Below are positions 36,501 to 51,515 of a stretch of 64,000 nt of DNA, one piece after another. The DNA is taken from NCBI RefSeq assembly GCF_006345805.1, contig NW_021832124.1, positions 1 through 64,000 of the forward strand, given 5' to 3'. Position 1 is the first letter of the stretch, and each line of letters begins with the position of its first letter. The notes below the pieces were generated by a model. That model saw nothing but the letters and a program-made list of their open reading frames with translations, was not told where the DNA came from and did not search any database. Position numbers and translations under genes: made by a program. The stretch comes from Octopus sinensis (lineage: Eukaryota).

Positions 36501-39500
36501 TTTTAGGGGAAAAAATACAGCCAATTTTATAGTTCAATTTCAGCAGGGACAATTCAACCAGAAGAGACAGTTGAATTAAACATTTTTGCTTTCCTGCGAG
36601 ATAATCTACTGTTGTTTTGATAGTTATTATTTAAAGTTATAAAGAAAAGTTATACATTCAAATAAACAACGCGGAGACCAAGTCTGTCATGTTATCTGCT
36701 TATGGATATGGAACGACAATCACATTGGAACCTGTATTTACACCTTCAATGTTTTTAGGAAATCATTTTAGGTTTTATCTTAGATTTATATATTTATAGT
36801 ACTAAACCATTTAAAAAAGCTTATAAATTGAAAAATGAAGGAAGACGCCAACAACATTTGGTCTGGAACTGTATTCCGCTCAATTCTGTCAAAACTAAAA
36901 AAGGCAAACTGCAGCTGTCACATGAAGTTAAAATTAGCTTTAAATATAATATTTTAAGATATCCACAAAAAAATTTAACACGACCTTCACGTTAAATCCT
37001 AATCGGATGGACCTTAATATTGGAGACGAATGTTTTCTCTACCTTGAAGCCGACTGCCAACAGTTTATAAAAATAAATAAAATTAGACCTCAAAAAATAA
37101 CTGAAATAATCGTATGCGATGCAATTATTGGTCAACATGGAGGAAAAGATACGATTATAACGTCTGAAATATCATGTAATTTCATTGAACCAGAAGTCGT
37201 GTTTGACAAGAAGGAATTAAATTTTATTTTTGAAAAAGTTCATTTCTATTCTTACTAATTTCAAGAATTTGATCAATGAGTTGGAAGTACAGACAAAAGC
37301 ACTTAAAATTAAAAACGTATGTCCTCTTAAACTCGAAACAATTATATCAACTGAATATCCTTTTAGCTTGAGTCTAGAAATGGAAAAATTTTACTACGAA
37401 ATAGTAAAATATAAATTCACAATGTTATAGATTCTTAACATTGAACCAGGCGCTGAAGAAACAATTCTAATTCAATTCGACCCGGCATTTGAAAACGATC
37501 TGTTTAATAGAAAAATCGTAAAAAATTTGATAATCAAATATTCAGATCACGTAAAAACAGTATATAATGAATGTAATAAAATTAAATAGGATCGCATTAC
37601 ATTAAAAGGAGAAGTTTTTTTCCCAAACATCTCTTTTGATGCTACATTTGTTGACTTCGGAAACATCATGAATGATCAAGAATCAAGAAAATACCTCAAA
37701 ATGTCGAACTTTTCTACGCTTCCGTCAAACTATTCTTGGAGTTTTGTAAAAAATTCTCTACAGCAAAAACATATTTTTACTGTATTTGTAGTAAAAAGAT
37801 TGTTATTAGAACGAAAAAGAAGGTGGTTCTAATAAGATGGAGGATCTACCACCAGAAGAAGTAGAATGTTAAATGTACATTTAGATATTTGATGTTTTGC
37901 CATCTCAAGGGATTTTAAATCCAAACCAATCAGAACTTATTTCTTTTACTTATTTTGGCAATACAAACATGTCATTCGCCGCAAAAGCCTGTTGTCACGT
38001 CTTAGGAGGACCGACTTATGAATTTGATTTGAGTGCCACTTCTTCCAACATAAAGTACCACTATGAAAAAAGTGAAATTCCCCTTGGAAAATTGGTAAAA
38101 ATTTTAACTATATTTTAAGCTGTTTGATAAAATCTATACAACAGATGTTGTGATTTACAACGATTCTGTGGTTCCATTGCCTTTTGAAATTATTCAAGAA
38201 AATGAAGATGGAATTTTTTCTCCAATTGTACATTTAAAAAATGTCTTAGTACACATTATTGACAATTTAGAGCATTATAGAAGGAAATAGTTCGGTGACC
38301 ATTCAGGTCGAATTGATTCCACTTGTAATAGGAGATTTTGAGAGACAGATTAAAATCCAGGTTAAATTTTATAACTAAATCCAGATCGCTCATTTTGAGC
38401 CCGATCTGATCAAATTTGTGGGATACAGCGTTTGTCCAAGAATCGACATGAATTTTATGCAAAATGAAAATGAGGTAATTAAAAATATTTGAAATTAGAT
38501 CGTGGGGTCGTATCATATGAATATCTTGAATTGCAATGAAAAATTGACTGATCTATGCAAGCTAGTTAAATCTGTTGAAAACGATGAAACGGATAAATCT
38601 TTTTCTATTTTAAAAAATTTGAAACGGTTTATATTTTTAAAATATTTAAGAATATTTGAAACTGAAGTGACAGTAAATTTTGGTTCCGTCATTCCTGGAG
38701 TACCAAAACAAATTATTGCATTGGTAAAAAATGATTGTGAAATACCCATTTCCTTCCGATTAAAAAAGAGTGCCGCGAAAAAACTTGGTTTCAAAATAGA
38801 ATATGATGAAATCGCTTCAAAGTATGTTCCCGTTGACGAAGAACAATCCGTAATTCTTATTCTGGAGGCTCATCCAATAAGTGAAGAATTCACCAAATTG
38901 TCCCATAAGCAGTTAATATCTGTATTAATAATTTCCAATAAATTTGCAGATTGAAAATGGCTTTCCCGTAATTCTAAATTTTGTAGCGACTGTAACAAAG
39001 CCATCATTGACGTTTATGACGGATACAATTAATTTTGAATCTGTGCAGTGCAGCTTCTCAAAGGTTGTGTACTTGAAAATTGAAAATACAAAAGATGTTG
39101 AGGTACAATGGTCCGTAAAATACGCTCCAAAAAAGAAAACAGTAGTTTTTGGATTCCTTATTTTAAGAAAGTGAATAAATTTTTACCGCTCCACTTAAAA
39201 TTTCAAAAAACTAAGAAAAAAGAAATGCGTAGGATTTTTGAATTCAAAGAAACCAGCGGAACTCTTATGCCTGGCCAAGTAACTGCAATTGCAGTCGCAT
39301 TTTCTCCTCGCCAAGAGGTTTTTATTCTTTAATAAAATATACAAGATGTTATACGAGGAAAATATTATGTTCAGCGTCGTTGGTAATCCCGACAGTTTCC
39401 AATTAACGTGCACTGGGCATGGACTTGAACCAAAATTGCAGTTTGATCTTAATTTTTTTGAATTTGGACCTTATCTACCACATTCACCTGTTTTTTCTAG

Positions 39501-42500
39501 ACAAGTCAACATTTCAAACCCCTGCGACTTTGATATTGAATTTTATAGCTTGAATTTTGATAAAAAATATGTGACGGAAGATGAGGTTTTTGGTTTGCAA
39601 TATAATTCAGATTTTGCGTAATATTGGGTCTTATGATGAGTTTGACTGTATATTTTCGCCTGCCAGATTTCCTCGTTCCGATCTTCCGAAATTTTTCTCA
39701 GAAATTTCTAACAAATTGCATGTATTAGATAACCAAAAAAATGGAGAGAAAATAATTGTGGCAGAAAATTCAGAAAATAATATAACCGGTATTTTTAATT
39801 AGTTTCATTCAAACTAGAAATAGAAATCAAATTGAAACAAGACAATAGCGGTGATGCTGAGAGTACTTATCAGGAAAAACCCAAAGATGACGTTGAAGGC
39901 GGTTTTGTGTCATTTCTTATTTTTGAACCCCCCAACTTTGGTTTATTCTTGATTAAAAATCATAATTTCAAGATTTAACTAATATAATCAAAGAAATTAC
40001 AAAGGAATACAAAATCAAACATATAACTTTTGATGAATTGATAACCAAGAAAATTACTTCTGATGAAACAAACGAATCTGTCGAAATATGTCGGAAACTC
40101 TGCCGTGAAGCCTTTATTAGAAGAGAAGAGTCTCGCATAGAGGTCGCTGAAAGAAATTCCGAGTCTTTTGTCGAGCCTCACTCAAAAACTGGAGTTAAGT
40201 CTAAAACAAGAGATAGAAAAAGTTTTATAAACGGAGGGGTAATATTTAATAAATACTTTAACAAAATCAGACTCCGATAACTGGATTGTTAAAAGCAGTG
40301 GATTTGAAAACAACTGATGATTCAAATATGATTACATGTCTACTCCCGGAAGAAATTATCATCGAATTTATATACGAGAAAATACAAGTAATTAAAACTT
40401 ATACATCAATATCGACAGAACGAGTGTCTGAATGGAGTCATAATTAGTGGATTTGAATCATTATATGTTCCTTCTTATCAATATGCATTAAACATTGTTT
40501 TGAAAGCTCTGGGTAATAAAAAACACATTTATTCGATTTTAATCAAATCAAAATTTGCGACTTACCTCGAAAATAAGAGGAAAGATGAGGAAAAGGCAGG
40601 TTTTTGAAAAAATTTTATTTACATTGTAAATAGCAATACTTTTACAACACCAAAATCTAATGGAAAGGCAAATGCTAGAAGAAATGAGCGAAAGTGAATA
40701 TGAAAATCTAGAAGAGGCGAAAAAGTTTGAAGTAGATGCCAAAATGCTTGAAATAAAAAGAGAAAGAATAGAAAAGTAGATTTGCTTAATTTGTATTGCG
40801 AAGGGTCGATAAAGTAAAGCAAGAAAAGTTATTAAAAGAGCAAAATGAAAAGGAAATTCACCTGAAAAAAATAGAAGACAGGTTTTTAGTTGACCAAAAT
40901 AAATTTTATTAGCAAAAGAAATCGCAGCAAAAACAAAAGTGCAACTGGAACCAGATCTGAAAAGTCAAAACCCATAAAGTCTAAGGATGAAGAAATTCCT
41001 GACTCAGAAAAGTATTTTTAAGGAAAATCTAAAAAAATAGGAAAAGAAATAAAAAGTCGATAGATCTTGAAAGACGGGAAAAACACAACATATCAGAAGA
41101 AGAACAGCTATCTCCCGCTGAGATTTCCATTTGCAATCGGTACTTAGAAACCATTTTTTATACAGATTTAAAACATATGAAGGATCACTTCCTTCGCTGA
41201 AAGATTTTCTGACAAATTGGAATCGTCAATTATTATGTCTTAATGGAATTGTAAACGAAAATGAAGAAGATTCGGGAATTCGACAAAAGCAAAAGAATAC
41301 TCGCGGTATGTGAATATTTTTATTTTAGAAATGAAAAAAAATAAAAATGACACCTCAGAAGAAAAATTAAAAACTAAAAAAGATGCCGGGATTCAATACA
41401 TAATCATAGAAACTGACGAAATGGACAGTTATAATATAACTGAAAAGATTATTTCATCTGAATCAATTCCTTCATATGAAATGGTGAAATAGGCTTTTAA
41501 AAGATTACAGATTTGGCATACAAACAAGAGAAAGGAATCATTCAAAATAACCCAAGATCAACTATTTTCAATTATAGAATATCCTACAGAAAAGAAGAAT
41601 TTAAACTGCTCGAAAAACTTTACTATAATTTCCGTAAAACCTGAAGATTCAGAAGTGTTTGAATTAAAATTTATTCCCTTAGAGTACCAGTAGACGAAAT
41701 GGAGGGTAGAGTAACAAAAGTGAGTTCTGTGGAAAAGAATGTAATTATTACTCCTCCAAAACAAAAAAAGAATAAAAACAGTTACTCAACCATAAAACCA
41801 ATATTTATTAGTGAAACGTAAATTCTCTGATAAAAAAGAACGCAATGCATCAACCTCGATATCCGCGTTAGAAATTGACGGGTAAAAATAAAATCTCAAG
41901 ATTTTAGTATTTTGGGAGAACAGGAACTAGTGGAGATAAAAACAAAAGAACAATTTTACAGATGGGTCGTTCCTGCCAACCAGACAATAACTTTGGAGAT
42001 TGGATTTAGTTGTGATTCTGTCGGAACCTTTGATCAAACACTGAGTTTTGAGATATTGGGAACTCGTCGATTAATGCAGTTGTTTTGCCGTGGAATATGC
42101 TGTTTCCCATCAATATGTGCCGATCCTAGGTATAGTTATGAAAATTAAATTTTAAATAGATTTATTTTTAACTGTTGTAAGAAAAAAGTTCAGGAAAATG
42201 AAATTGTTAATAATAAATTCATTATCGAATCTAACACTTACAATTTTGGTCCTCTTCTGGTTGGAAAGTCTCGGGAAAAATATCGCGAGTATGCCTATGT
42301 CGAAAATAGTGAAAAACTGACGATTAAAAATAATTGTTACATGAACGTCGAATTGGAATTTTCATTTCTAAATGACGACTGTGCCAGTATTTTTTTATTT
42401 GATCCTCCAAAAATGTTTCTCAAGCCTAACGAGACTCAAGTTTTTCTATCTCTTTTAAATTAAGATTTTTTCAATATGGGCTTACCCTACAAAATCGGAG

Positions 42501-45500
42501 TTATTCGAAGATACTTTGATTTGTTCCATGAAGAATAATCCGAATCCAGTTACCTTCGATGTTAGTTGCTTTGGTGTGAAGCCCGAACTTAAATTTAATA
42601 CAAAAATACTTCAGTTTGATAAAGTTTTGTTGCATCGGTATTTATATGTAAATTTTCCATTTTTAGTAAAGAATCGAGGTCCATCGGAATATATAACCCG
42701 ACTCAACTTCCCGTTGCATGGAGACTTGTAGGGGTAGAGAATCTTGGAGAAGATTTCTCTGTATTAAGAAACACTGGAATCATATTGCCATTTGAAGAAT
42801 TTTCTCTGCCTTTCTTTTTTCGGGCCACCAAACCTGTTGTGATTGCCAAAAAATATGTCAGATTTGAAGTCAGAACATTCTTTTTTAAAATTTAGATTAT
42901 GGATGCTGCCAACATTCTTGGAATAGTTGACAGTGAAATTATTAACATAGCTGTCGAGGCATATGATATAGCTTTGGATATAACATTTCCCAAAGGAGTA
43001 GACGGTGGCTTGGACTTTGGAATTTGCCACGTTGGAGAAGATGCTAAGCAAAATATTATGCTGAAAAATAAAGGGAAATATGAAATTGGATACAAGTGAC
43101 ATTATATTATTAGTTGTTTAGTTTTTCGTTTTTTGATGATCAAAATGGAAATAACTTCAAAAAATATTTTTCCGTATCCCCAAAATCAAATTCCCTTGGG
43201 ACTGGAGAAAGACCAAATCAAATTCATTTAAATTTTAAATCCGACAAAGAATTAGAAATTAAAAATATGTCTATTCTAAAATTTCAAGTTATCGACATGA
43301 ATGGAGCAAATAAAAGTAACGTCATCGCGAATATACCAGTCAGGGTTTCTGCAAAATCGGTTTATAGCAGGCACTCCTATTTTGTGTTAATTTTACAGGT
43401 TTAAAGTAGTTCCCAATCACGAAATTAATTTCGGCCATCTTTCGACATACAGTAAAAAATCAAGAACAATCCAAATTGAAAATACCGGTCATTATGAATT
43501 TAAATACTATTTTATCAAAGCAAGCGACAAAAAACAGTTTAAATAGAATCATAATTTCATAGGAAAAGTGATATGGCTCAAACAAACATCCAAACTAAGA
43601 TTTCTGTTAATTGCTTTACAATATCTCCTGCATGTGGTCTCATAATGCCGGGAAATAGTCAAATTGTTAACATTGAATGTGTGACTGAACAGCCTGTGAC
43701 AAGTATCGAAGTAAAAAAGTTATATAATAAATAATAGCATTTTTATATTGAAATTTCTGACAGAGACATGAAATTATATCCAAAAGGATTGCCATATAGG
43801 TTAATGAGCGAAACTGTTCTTCCGGAAATATGCACAGATATTGATTCTGTTTTTGAAGAACAGTTAATAGTAGAAGAGCCCCAAAAACATGATTTAAATC
43901 AAGTAAAAATATTTTCGTGTATTTTAAGCTCAACTTTAACGGGATATTTGTAAAAAATGAACAGAAATTAATTTTCCCATTCGCATCTGTCGGAGAGACA
44001 GTTCAATGCCAGCTAAAACTTACAAACATTTCTCAAGTAATATGAAAATATCAATTTTTTAGATTACAGTCGATGTTATTGCTGTCTTAAAAGCACAAGG
44101 AAAAAAAGTAGGCGAGTCTTTTAGTCTGGAAAATACAAAATTTCAGATTCCAATAAATAATTATTTAATGTTGCCAGTAAAATTTACGCCGACAAGTCTT
44201 CAGGTCAATTTTTTCTATAAGTTGTAGACCTATAACTCAACATTGGAATGTTACATTGACAACAATCCCGGAAATCCTAAATCAACCAAAAACTTGATTT
44301 TTTCTTATTTACTCGAAGGAGATGGAATTTTTCCAACAATTCAAATACTTGAACCAAAATTGAAAAACTTTAAAGGTCAACCAATCATTTTATTTGACAA
44401 ATGTCGAATACATAAAAAACAAGTCAAACATTTAAAAATTTTAAACAGCGGTGTTTTGCCTTCTAATATTACGATTACTCTCCGCGATCCAAATAAAATA
44501 TTTCAAATGGTACATAATTCTGATGAATTTGAATCACAAAGTTTTTTGAAATTATTTTATTTGTAGAAATATCCCAGGATATTATTAGAAAAAAATTAAA
44601 TATACAAGAGACATTGGAACTTTCAATAACTATCGAAGCCGACTTACCGAACAGCTATAAAGCTCAGATTTTGGTGAAAGTCGATAGAAATGAATATGAA
44701 GAGTCAGTTATTCCAATCCAAGCCGAAGTACATGACGACTCAGTCATTCTCAGTGGTCTCCAACTCACCAGTTCGCTGGTAAGTAGAAGCGATAGCTCAA
44801 CAACTGAAGAATTTCAAAGTTTTTCTGAAAATGAAATGCTTTTAGTTTCAACGTTAAATCACATTATTATTCCCGATGTTGTGTTAGGAAACATAGAGTC
44901 AGTGAACTTCAATATTGTAAACTGCAGTCAAGACACGTGTTATCGTTTTGTTTGGAATGAAGTTCAACACCTAAAATTTTCTCCCAAAGTAAAGTAAAAA
45001 ATCGATATTTGCGTTAGGTTGGTCATTTACATTCAGGATCTACTAAAAGTATTACAGTATTTTTCAAGTCTGGAAAACCTGTCCAACTTTCTGAACAGAT
45101 TGTTTTATGTAAACTCCAAAAAATAACTTTCAACGACGAAATAACCAACGTGGTTGACTGGGACAATCAGTTGAAAGTAGCCAAATGGGAAAAAATACCG
45201 AAATATAACGAAGAAAAGTTGTTTTATATAATAACTAAATCAGTGAACTTGTGGCGTATAAAAATACAAAAATTTATGAAAGCGTGGCTGAAATTGAATA
45301 TAATGAAGTCAACGAAACTGTCAGTCCAGTTGAATTGAAAGTCTCTGCCAGAGCAGATACGATTCGATATACTTTTGACAACATGAAATTAAGTTTCACT
45401 GATGTCCACGTTTTTGATTCGGAGCAAAAAGAGTAAATCAATTCCATTAACTTTTAGACTGATTTTAAATAACGATGGAATAATAAGTATAGACTATTTT

Positions 45501-48500
45501 TGGGAAGTAATTGAATTAAATGACAGGTTTATAATATTTTCATATTCTTAGTGAAATTGTTGACGAATACAAGACTGTTTGGATTTCCCCCGAGAGTGGT
45601 TCTATTTCTGGTGGTAAAAAACAAACATTCGTTGTCAATTTTTGTCCGTTGAAATTGCAAGAATATTCAGCCTTTTTAAAATTTAAGTAAAATTCTTTTT
45701 GAATTAATTCACATAGAATACCTAATTCAAATGATAAAAATACAAATATTTTATTTAAAGGGAATTCTATTTTCCCTAACGTTTATTTTGATTTCAACAA
45801 CGAAAAGTTATTGCCCTCACTCCAGCATATTTTTTCTCCTCTCCCTGCTTCAGATTTTCCGAACAAAGTTCCTTGTAAACCACATTATGTAAATGTTGCT
45901 ACAAATGCTGCAAATGACAAAACTATAAAGTTTTTCTAGAAAGTTTAAAAAATAGAAAATTTATTCTTTTTAATCCCGTCGACGAACGATTAAAGTTTAA
46001 ATGGGTTAATAAAGATGAAATTGATGTCAACAAAAACGTTAATTTTAACTGTCTGACACGGGAAGATTCTGTGGGGCCAACAAAACGATATGAAGTACAA
46101 TTACTTAGATATTGGTTAGATGGCATTCCAATTTGAGTGTAAAGAAGAAGGAGTCTTTGATTTTAATTGGGAATTGCACCTTTCGCCTCTTGATATTAAA
46201 ATCCCATTTATATTTATTGGTACATATAAAAATCCGCGAATAATGCTTTGTCGTTCTTCAGTTGATTTTGGCAAAACGATTGCTGGAAAGAAACTCACAG
46301 CAAAAATAAAAATAACGAACCTTGAAGATTTTCCACAAGAATTTATGATAGACAAGGCCTCCTGTTTCAGCAAAAGTTTTTTGTCATCATTAAATATTTC
46401 ACCAGAAAGCGGATTGATACTTCCAAACTCTAGGTTAAATTAATATTTCCTGATTAATTATTGTAGTAACGAGTTAGATGTGAGTTATTGTCATGATCAA
46501 GCCATAAACATGAACATAAATGCTCTGGTTCATGTAAAAAACAAGACAGCTCCACTTCGACTCAATGTAAAGGCTCAAATTTCAAAAATTGAATGTCTGA
46601 TGATCTTGGAAAATGAAGATAAACAAAGATTTACTCTAAAAGAAAACGAAATGAATTTATTTGAAATAGATCAAGTTTGGCTGTTTACTATTTTTAAGTT
46701 TTCAATTGGAAAAACGATAGTCTACACCTTTTATCTTACGAACAAAAGCAACTTTTTGATTGAATACAAATGGAATCCGAAAGATGAAGTTGAGAACGAG
46801 TGTTTCAAAATCTACCCTCCTTCCGGGACTATTGGAGCCTATGAAGAAACAACAAACCATTTACTTTTGAGGTCCACAGAAGTTGGTTCAGACAAAAAAA
46901 TAATGATCAACCTCACAGTAAAAATAAACAAAAAAACAATTTAGATCGTGAATGGGCCTTCATATAAACTTGGAATAATTTTAAAATCGAAAATTCCAGG
47001 AATTCACTTTTCATTTCTTTCCTATGACTTTGGTCTTTGCTATATCCATTCTTGTGGAAACACAATAAAAGACACCGAACTTTTACTTTACAACAATGAA
47101 AAGACGAATATTAGGTTTTTTTATTAAAATATAATTTCTCACAGTGTCCGTGTGTTACCAACTCACGACTCCAGTTTTGATGTTCAATTTGAATCAGAAT
47201 TGATTAATTCAGATCAGGAGGTCAAAGTACCTATTTACTTCCGTCCTAACAAATCTGGAAAATTCTCAGAATCTCTAATTTTCGAAATAAATGGCGTATA
47301 TAAACGAACAATCGAATTAGTTGGCAAGGCTGTCGATTTAAAAGTCAGTTTATGCCATATAAAAAACTTAATAGATAGAAGCCTTAAACTTGTGTGACAA
47401 AACTCTAAAGTTTGGAGCCATACAAGTCGGTCAAGTCAAAAAGAAAAATGTAATGTTACTTAATAAAACGTGCAAACCCGTAAAAATGAAACTGAGTTTG
47501 ATAACTTCGCGATCGACTGCGTTCCAGCGCGGAATTCTGGAGGTAAAACCATCGGAAGATATTGTAATGGATGCAAAGACAGGAAAAGTCAATGTATCTG
47601 TTCTCTTCTGTCCTAAAAACAGAGTTTCTGAGTTTGTTGACGAAGTATAAACATCTTTGCCCACAATTTAGGTGCTGGTGGAAGTAGAAAATATTGCTTT
47701 TGGAGTATTTTATGTGACAGGACGGGCTATTTCTTCGGAAGTTGTTCTCAATACTTACAATATTGCAATGGGTAAAATCACTCTTGGTAGTTTAATCGAA
47801 AAAAAATGTAAAATTATAAATAATGGAGATGTTGGTGTCAGGCATGTCTAAATAATGTAATATTAGATTTTTTTGGGAAAATAACAATTCTGAACTTGAA
47901 TTATCTCCAATCAACGGATTTATAAAACCAGGAGACACATCCCCTATCGATGTGATTCTACGACCCGCCGCGGTCAACGCCGACATGAGATTTGAGGTAA
48001 AATTACAAAAGTAACAGTTAGAATATAAAATGTCTCTTGAGTGATATGACTAGCATGAATTTGGTTGTTACTGGTTCCTGTGAAGCAGCAATCCCATTTA
48101 AAGATATTGAACTATTTGTGACCCCTGTTCGACAAATAGACAGGCGTCAAATACCCTTAATTAACCGAACCAACCAGCTTTGGAAGATTGAACCAAAAAT
48201 TGAAGGGAAATATTGGGTAGGAAGTGATCACATCATTGTCGAACCAAATCAGACAAAATTATATGATATTGTCTATCAACCACTGGCTATGACAACAGAT
48301 TCGAATCGTCACTATGTTTAACATATAATAGCAATAAATCATAGGGTTCTATATTTTTCCCATTACCCGATGGAACCGCTCTTTATTACATTCTCCAGGG
48401 GATTTCAGAACAGCCAAAACCTTCAGGTAAACTCACATTCGAAGCACTTTCAAAACTCGAGCTAAAAGAAAGTCTGAAAGTAGAAAATTGGCTTAATATT

Positions 48501-49742
48501 CCTCAATGGTATGATAATTTGTTTTATATTTAAAGTTTAAAAATCGCAGTTGTGCACTTACGACCAGAAAAAGTGGATCAAACCTTAAAAATTGGAGGGT
48601 CATCGCATATTAATGTCGGAGCACTAGAAACCACAAATTACGATTTTACAGTGTTTTCATATAAAGAAGGGACGTTTAATTTTAAAGTTGTCTAATTTCA
48701 AGTATTTTAGATTACGTTTACAAATGAAACCACCGGAGAGTATCTTTTTTACGAAATTACCCTTAAATGTACCAAAACTCATAAATTCGGTCCTATCAAC
48801 ATAATTTCGACTGTACGGAAAAATATTTCTGTCGCAATTGATGTGGAAAACCCCCTTAATTCACCAATTGCTCTCCAAGTGAGTTGTAATGTTACAGAAA
48901 TATTCCATCCCCCAATGCTTTCTATCGCAGCAAAATCAACGGTTTTTATTTTATTACTGATTTTAAAAGGCCTCTTTATCAATCGAGTATCAGCCTGTTA
49001 AAGTTACGGAAGGAAGCCCTGGAAAGTTGGAATTGTATAATTCTGAACTCGGGAATTTTATTTATGAACTTATTTTGACTGCGACTCCTCCAAATTTTGA
49101 AGAACCTATTCTTTTCTCTACGTATTTGGGAACCAGTAAAACACAAGTCGCAAAATTTTACAATCTGGCCAAACAAAAATGCGATTATACATTAAAAGTG
49201 TGATTTATAAGCCAATTTAGACTAATAATCCCGACTTTTTTGTCGAAAGAGTAGTCTCCACTGTACCAGGGGGAGCTGGTGGGAATTTAATTCCAATCGA
49301 TGTAACTTTCGAACCTTCAAAAATCGGTTCTATCGAAGGAATACTGACAGTTTCCTCAAACATTGGAGGGGAATATGAATTTCCATTAAAAGGAATGTCT
49401 CTAGAACCCAAACCTCAAGGTCCACTGATAGCAAAGGCTGGAATGACAATATATGTCCCGTTCAAGAATCCCTTTCATACTATTGCCAGTTTAAGTGTAC
49501 AAGTATATGATTACTTATAACAAACATAGGTTGACAATCATCAATTCTATGTAGCTAGACCAATAGAGACAGTTAAGCCTAGACGGGAAATTCGGATTGC
49601 TGTTGGATTTAGTGGAATTGATTTAACTGGAAAAGGAGGTGTTTCCGTAGGGAAACTTTCAATTATTTGCGCCAAGTCGCAAGCAGTTGACGAACGGATT
49701 CAGTGGGTTTATTATTTGAAGGGAATCGGAAACGATAAGTAG
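33600..49742 (+). CDS. HYDIN: Axonemal central-pair protein HYDIN, dozens of exons separated by tiny introns
   Basis: PKIVELLDMSET, LFQPFPSEIFFQ, LRNNDKVPRL, ITEREKFVIP..GARPILDFPD, repeated ASH/Ig-like motifs, terminal WVYYLKG; stop TAG 49740-49742. Start codon tentative. Confidence 0.97.
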
Positions 49743-49943
49743 ATTTAGTTAAGTAACAAAACTAACTTTAAGTTTCATTTGCTAACATTTTGGAATTATC
49801 GTGATCTTTAAATTGTTTACCAAAATTTTTATGTTAAAATCGAAAAATAAATTACTTTATATTCAAGAACGCGTTAAAGAATTTGTTAATAAATAATTAT
49901 TTAATATTTTTTAAACTTAATTAAATATTAATAAAATTTTACC

Positions 49944-50828
49944 ATGAAACAAATTTTTCTGTTAGCACGTGGTTTACCTATAATGAGTCAAAAACAATTA
50001 TCAAATATTGATTATTCTACGACAAAACTATATGTTGTTCCCACTAGTATGCAAAATAGTAACATTGAATGGATAAAACTACGTTGTCCTCGTACAAGCG
50101 GTAATTTTAGAGAAATATAAATTAGAACAAATAAACTATGCTACCGACGGCAATACGTTTTTTCATCCAATAAGATTCTCAGAGAAAAACAGCAGCATTT
50201 TTGTAGACAATTTTATCCTCGAGGGTGACCATTTTACAACATGGCAGACCCGTCGATAGTATTCCTAACCCCAATCGATCCCCTCTTTGCCCTAATTCCA
50301 TATTTGGAGGTATTTTTAAAATAATCAAGTTTTAAGTTAGGAATAAAAACCAAAGTGCCTCCAAATAGTTTAAATGATATTCACGTTTTTAAAAACATTC
50401 CTTCCTCCCAACTGAATCACTTGGGGGATGTGGCAGGTCACAAAGTCAGTTTTTTTAAGTTTAGTCGAAAATTCTGTTTTTTGTACTTTGGATGAGGAGA
50501 AGACTCTGATCTGGTTAGAGAAGAAGGTTAATCGATGTATGGGGACATTAGGAGAACATATGAAAGGTTTTTTTTGTTTTTTTATTATTTAAAGATTCCC
50601 CCGATTCGTTAAGGTCTGCAGTGGAGTTAATTTGTGAATATATTTCGGAGTATTTTGAAAATAAATTACGGAAAAGACTTGGAGTACCTGTTTTGATAAC
50701 GAAAAAAGTCGAAAAAGAACTAAAAAAGTTTTTTTTATGTTTTTGAAATTATTAGAAGTGGGAAACGAAAGAAATCTGTAAATGATATAAAAATGAAACC
50801 TCTCACTGATTATTTTAAGAAAAAGTAG
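49944..50828 (+). CDS. RNASEH2B: Ribonuclease H2 subunit B
   Basis: WIKLRCPRTS, FSEKNSSIFVDN, TPIDPLFALIPYL, C-terminal PIP-box-like MKPLTDYF. Start is 49944 or 49983; the last junction is out of frame by an A-run as written. Confidence 0.85.
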
Positions 50829-50929
50829 TCTAATTTTTGTATTGTCGGTAGTCAAATAATTAAAAAAGGTATTATTGAACCAGACCGTATGAAATGGCCT
50901 TTTTATTTTATTGAACCAGAGAATCACCG

Positions 50930-51163
50930 TCATAGCCAAAAAAATAACAAAATTAAGATGATCCCAGCCTCCCTCGCCGGTTCTTGCAACATTTTCCGAT
51001 GTTCAGACGTAACTCTGTTGACATATTTGGTCTCAATGTATTGAGATTCCTCTAGCTCCATGATTTTTCTCAACATTTCCAAATACGACGAACCGCCATC
51101 GGAAATAGGCCCGACCCTCAGGGAGTGTTGTTGGATGCAATTTAAGATTGTATCTGACGCCAA
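50930..51163 (-). other. Unassigned GC-richer ORF segment downstream of the RIO fragment
   Basis: Coding-like composition (LEMLRKIMELEESQYIETKYVNRV); no family recognised. Confidence 0.25.
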
Positions 51164-51394
51164 CTGAAACGGTAAACTACATGACGTGCGCTAATCTTAA
51201 TAATCAAATGGTATAGTGTGTGTCCGCACCAATCTCAAATTAGCAAATACAGATAAATTGTCGAAATCCTTTCCCTTTATAATTCCCCAATAATGGGGAA
51301 CAAGCCCAAAATGATGAGGTCCTCCAAAAAAACTAACATATCAAGAATATCCTTAATGATGAGATTCTTGAGACCTTCCCGACAAAAAAATCCT

Positions 51395-51515
51395 GTGGGA
51401 GAACTTGCATAAAAAACGGAAGCCTCCTTTCCGGTTGAAAAGCAGTTCAAAATGGAGTCCAAGGTCCCGCTTGATTTGAATTTTGACAAACTATAATTCG
51501 TTTCTTGATTTATAA
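51395..51515 (-). pseudogene. RIO1/RIO3-type atypical kinase N-lobe fragment
   Basis: SGTLDSILNCFSTGKEASVFYA matches the RIO P-loop region; the following AIKIYK and catalytic motifs are not present downstream. Confidence 0.6.
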
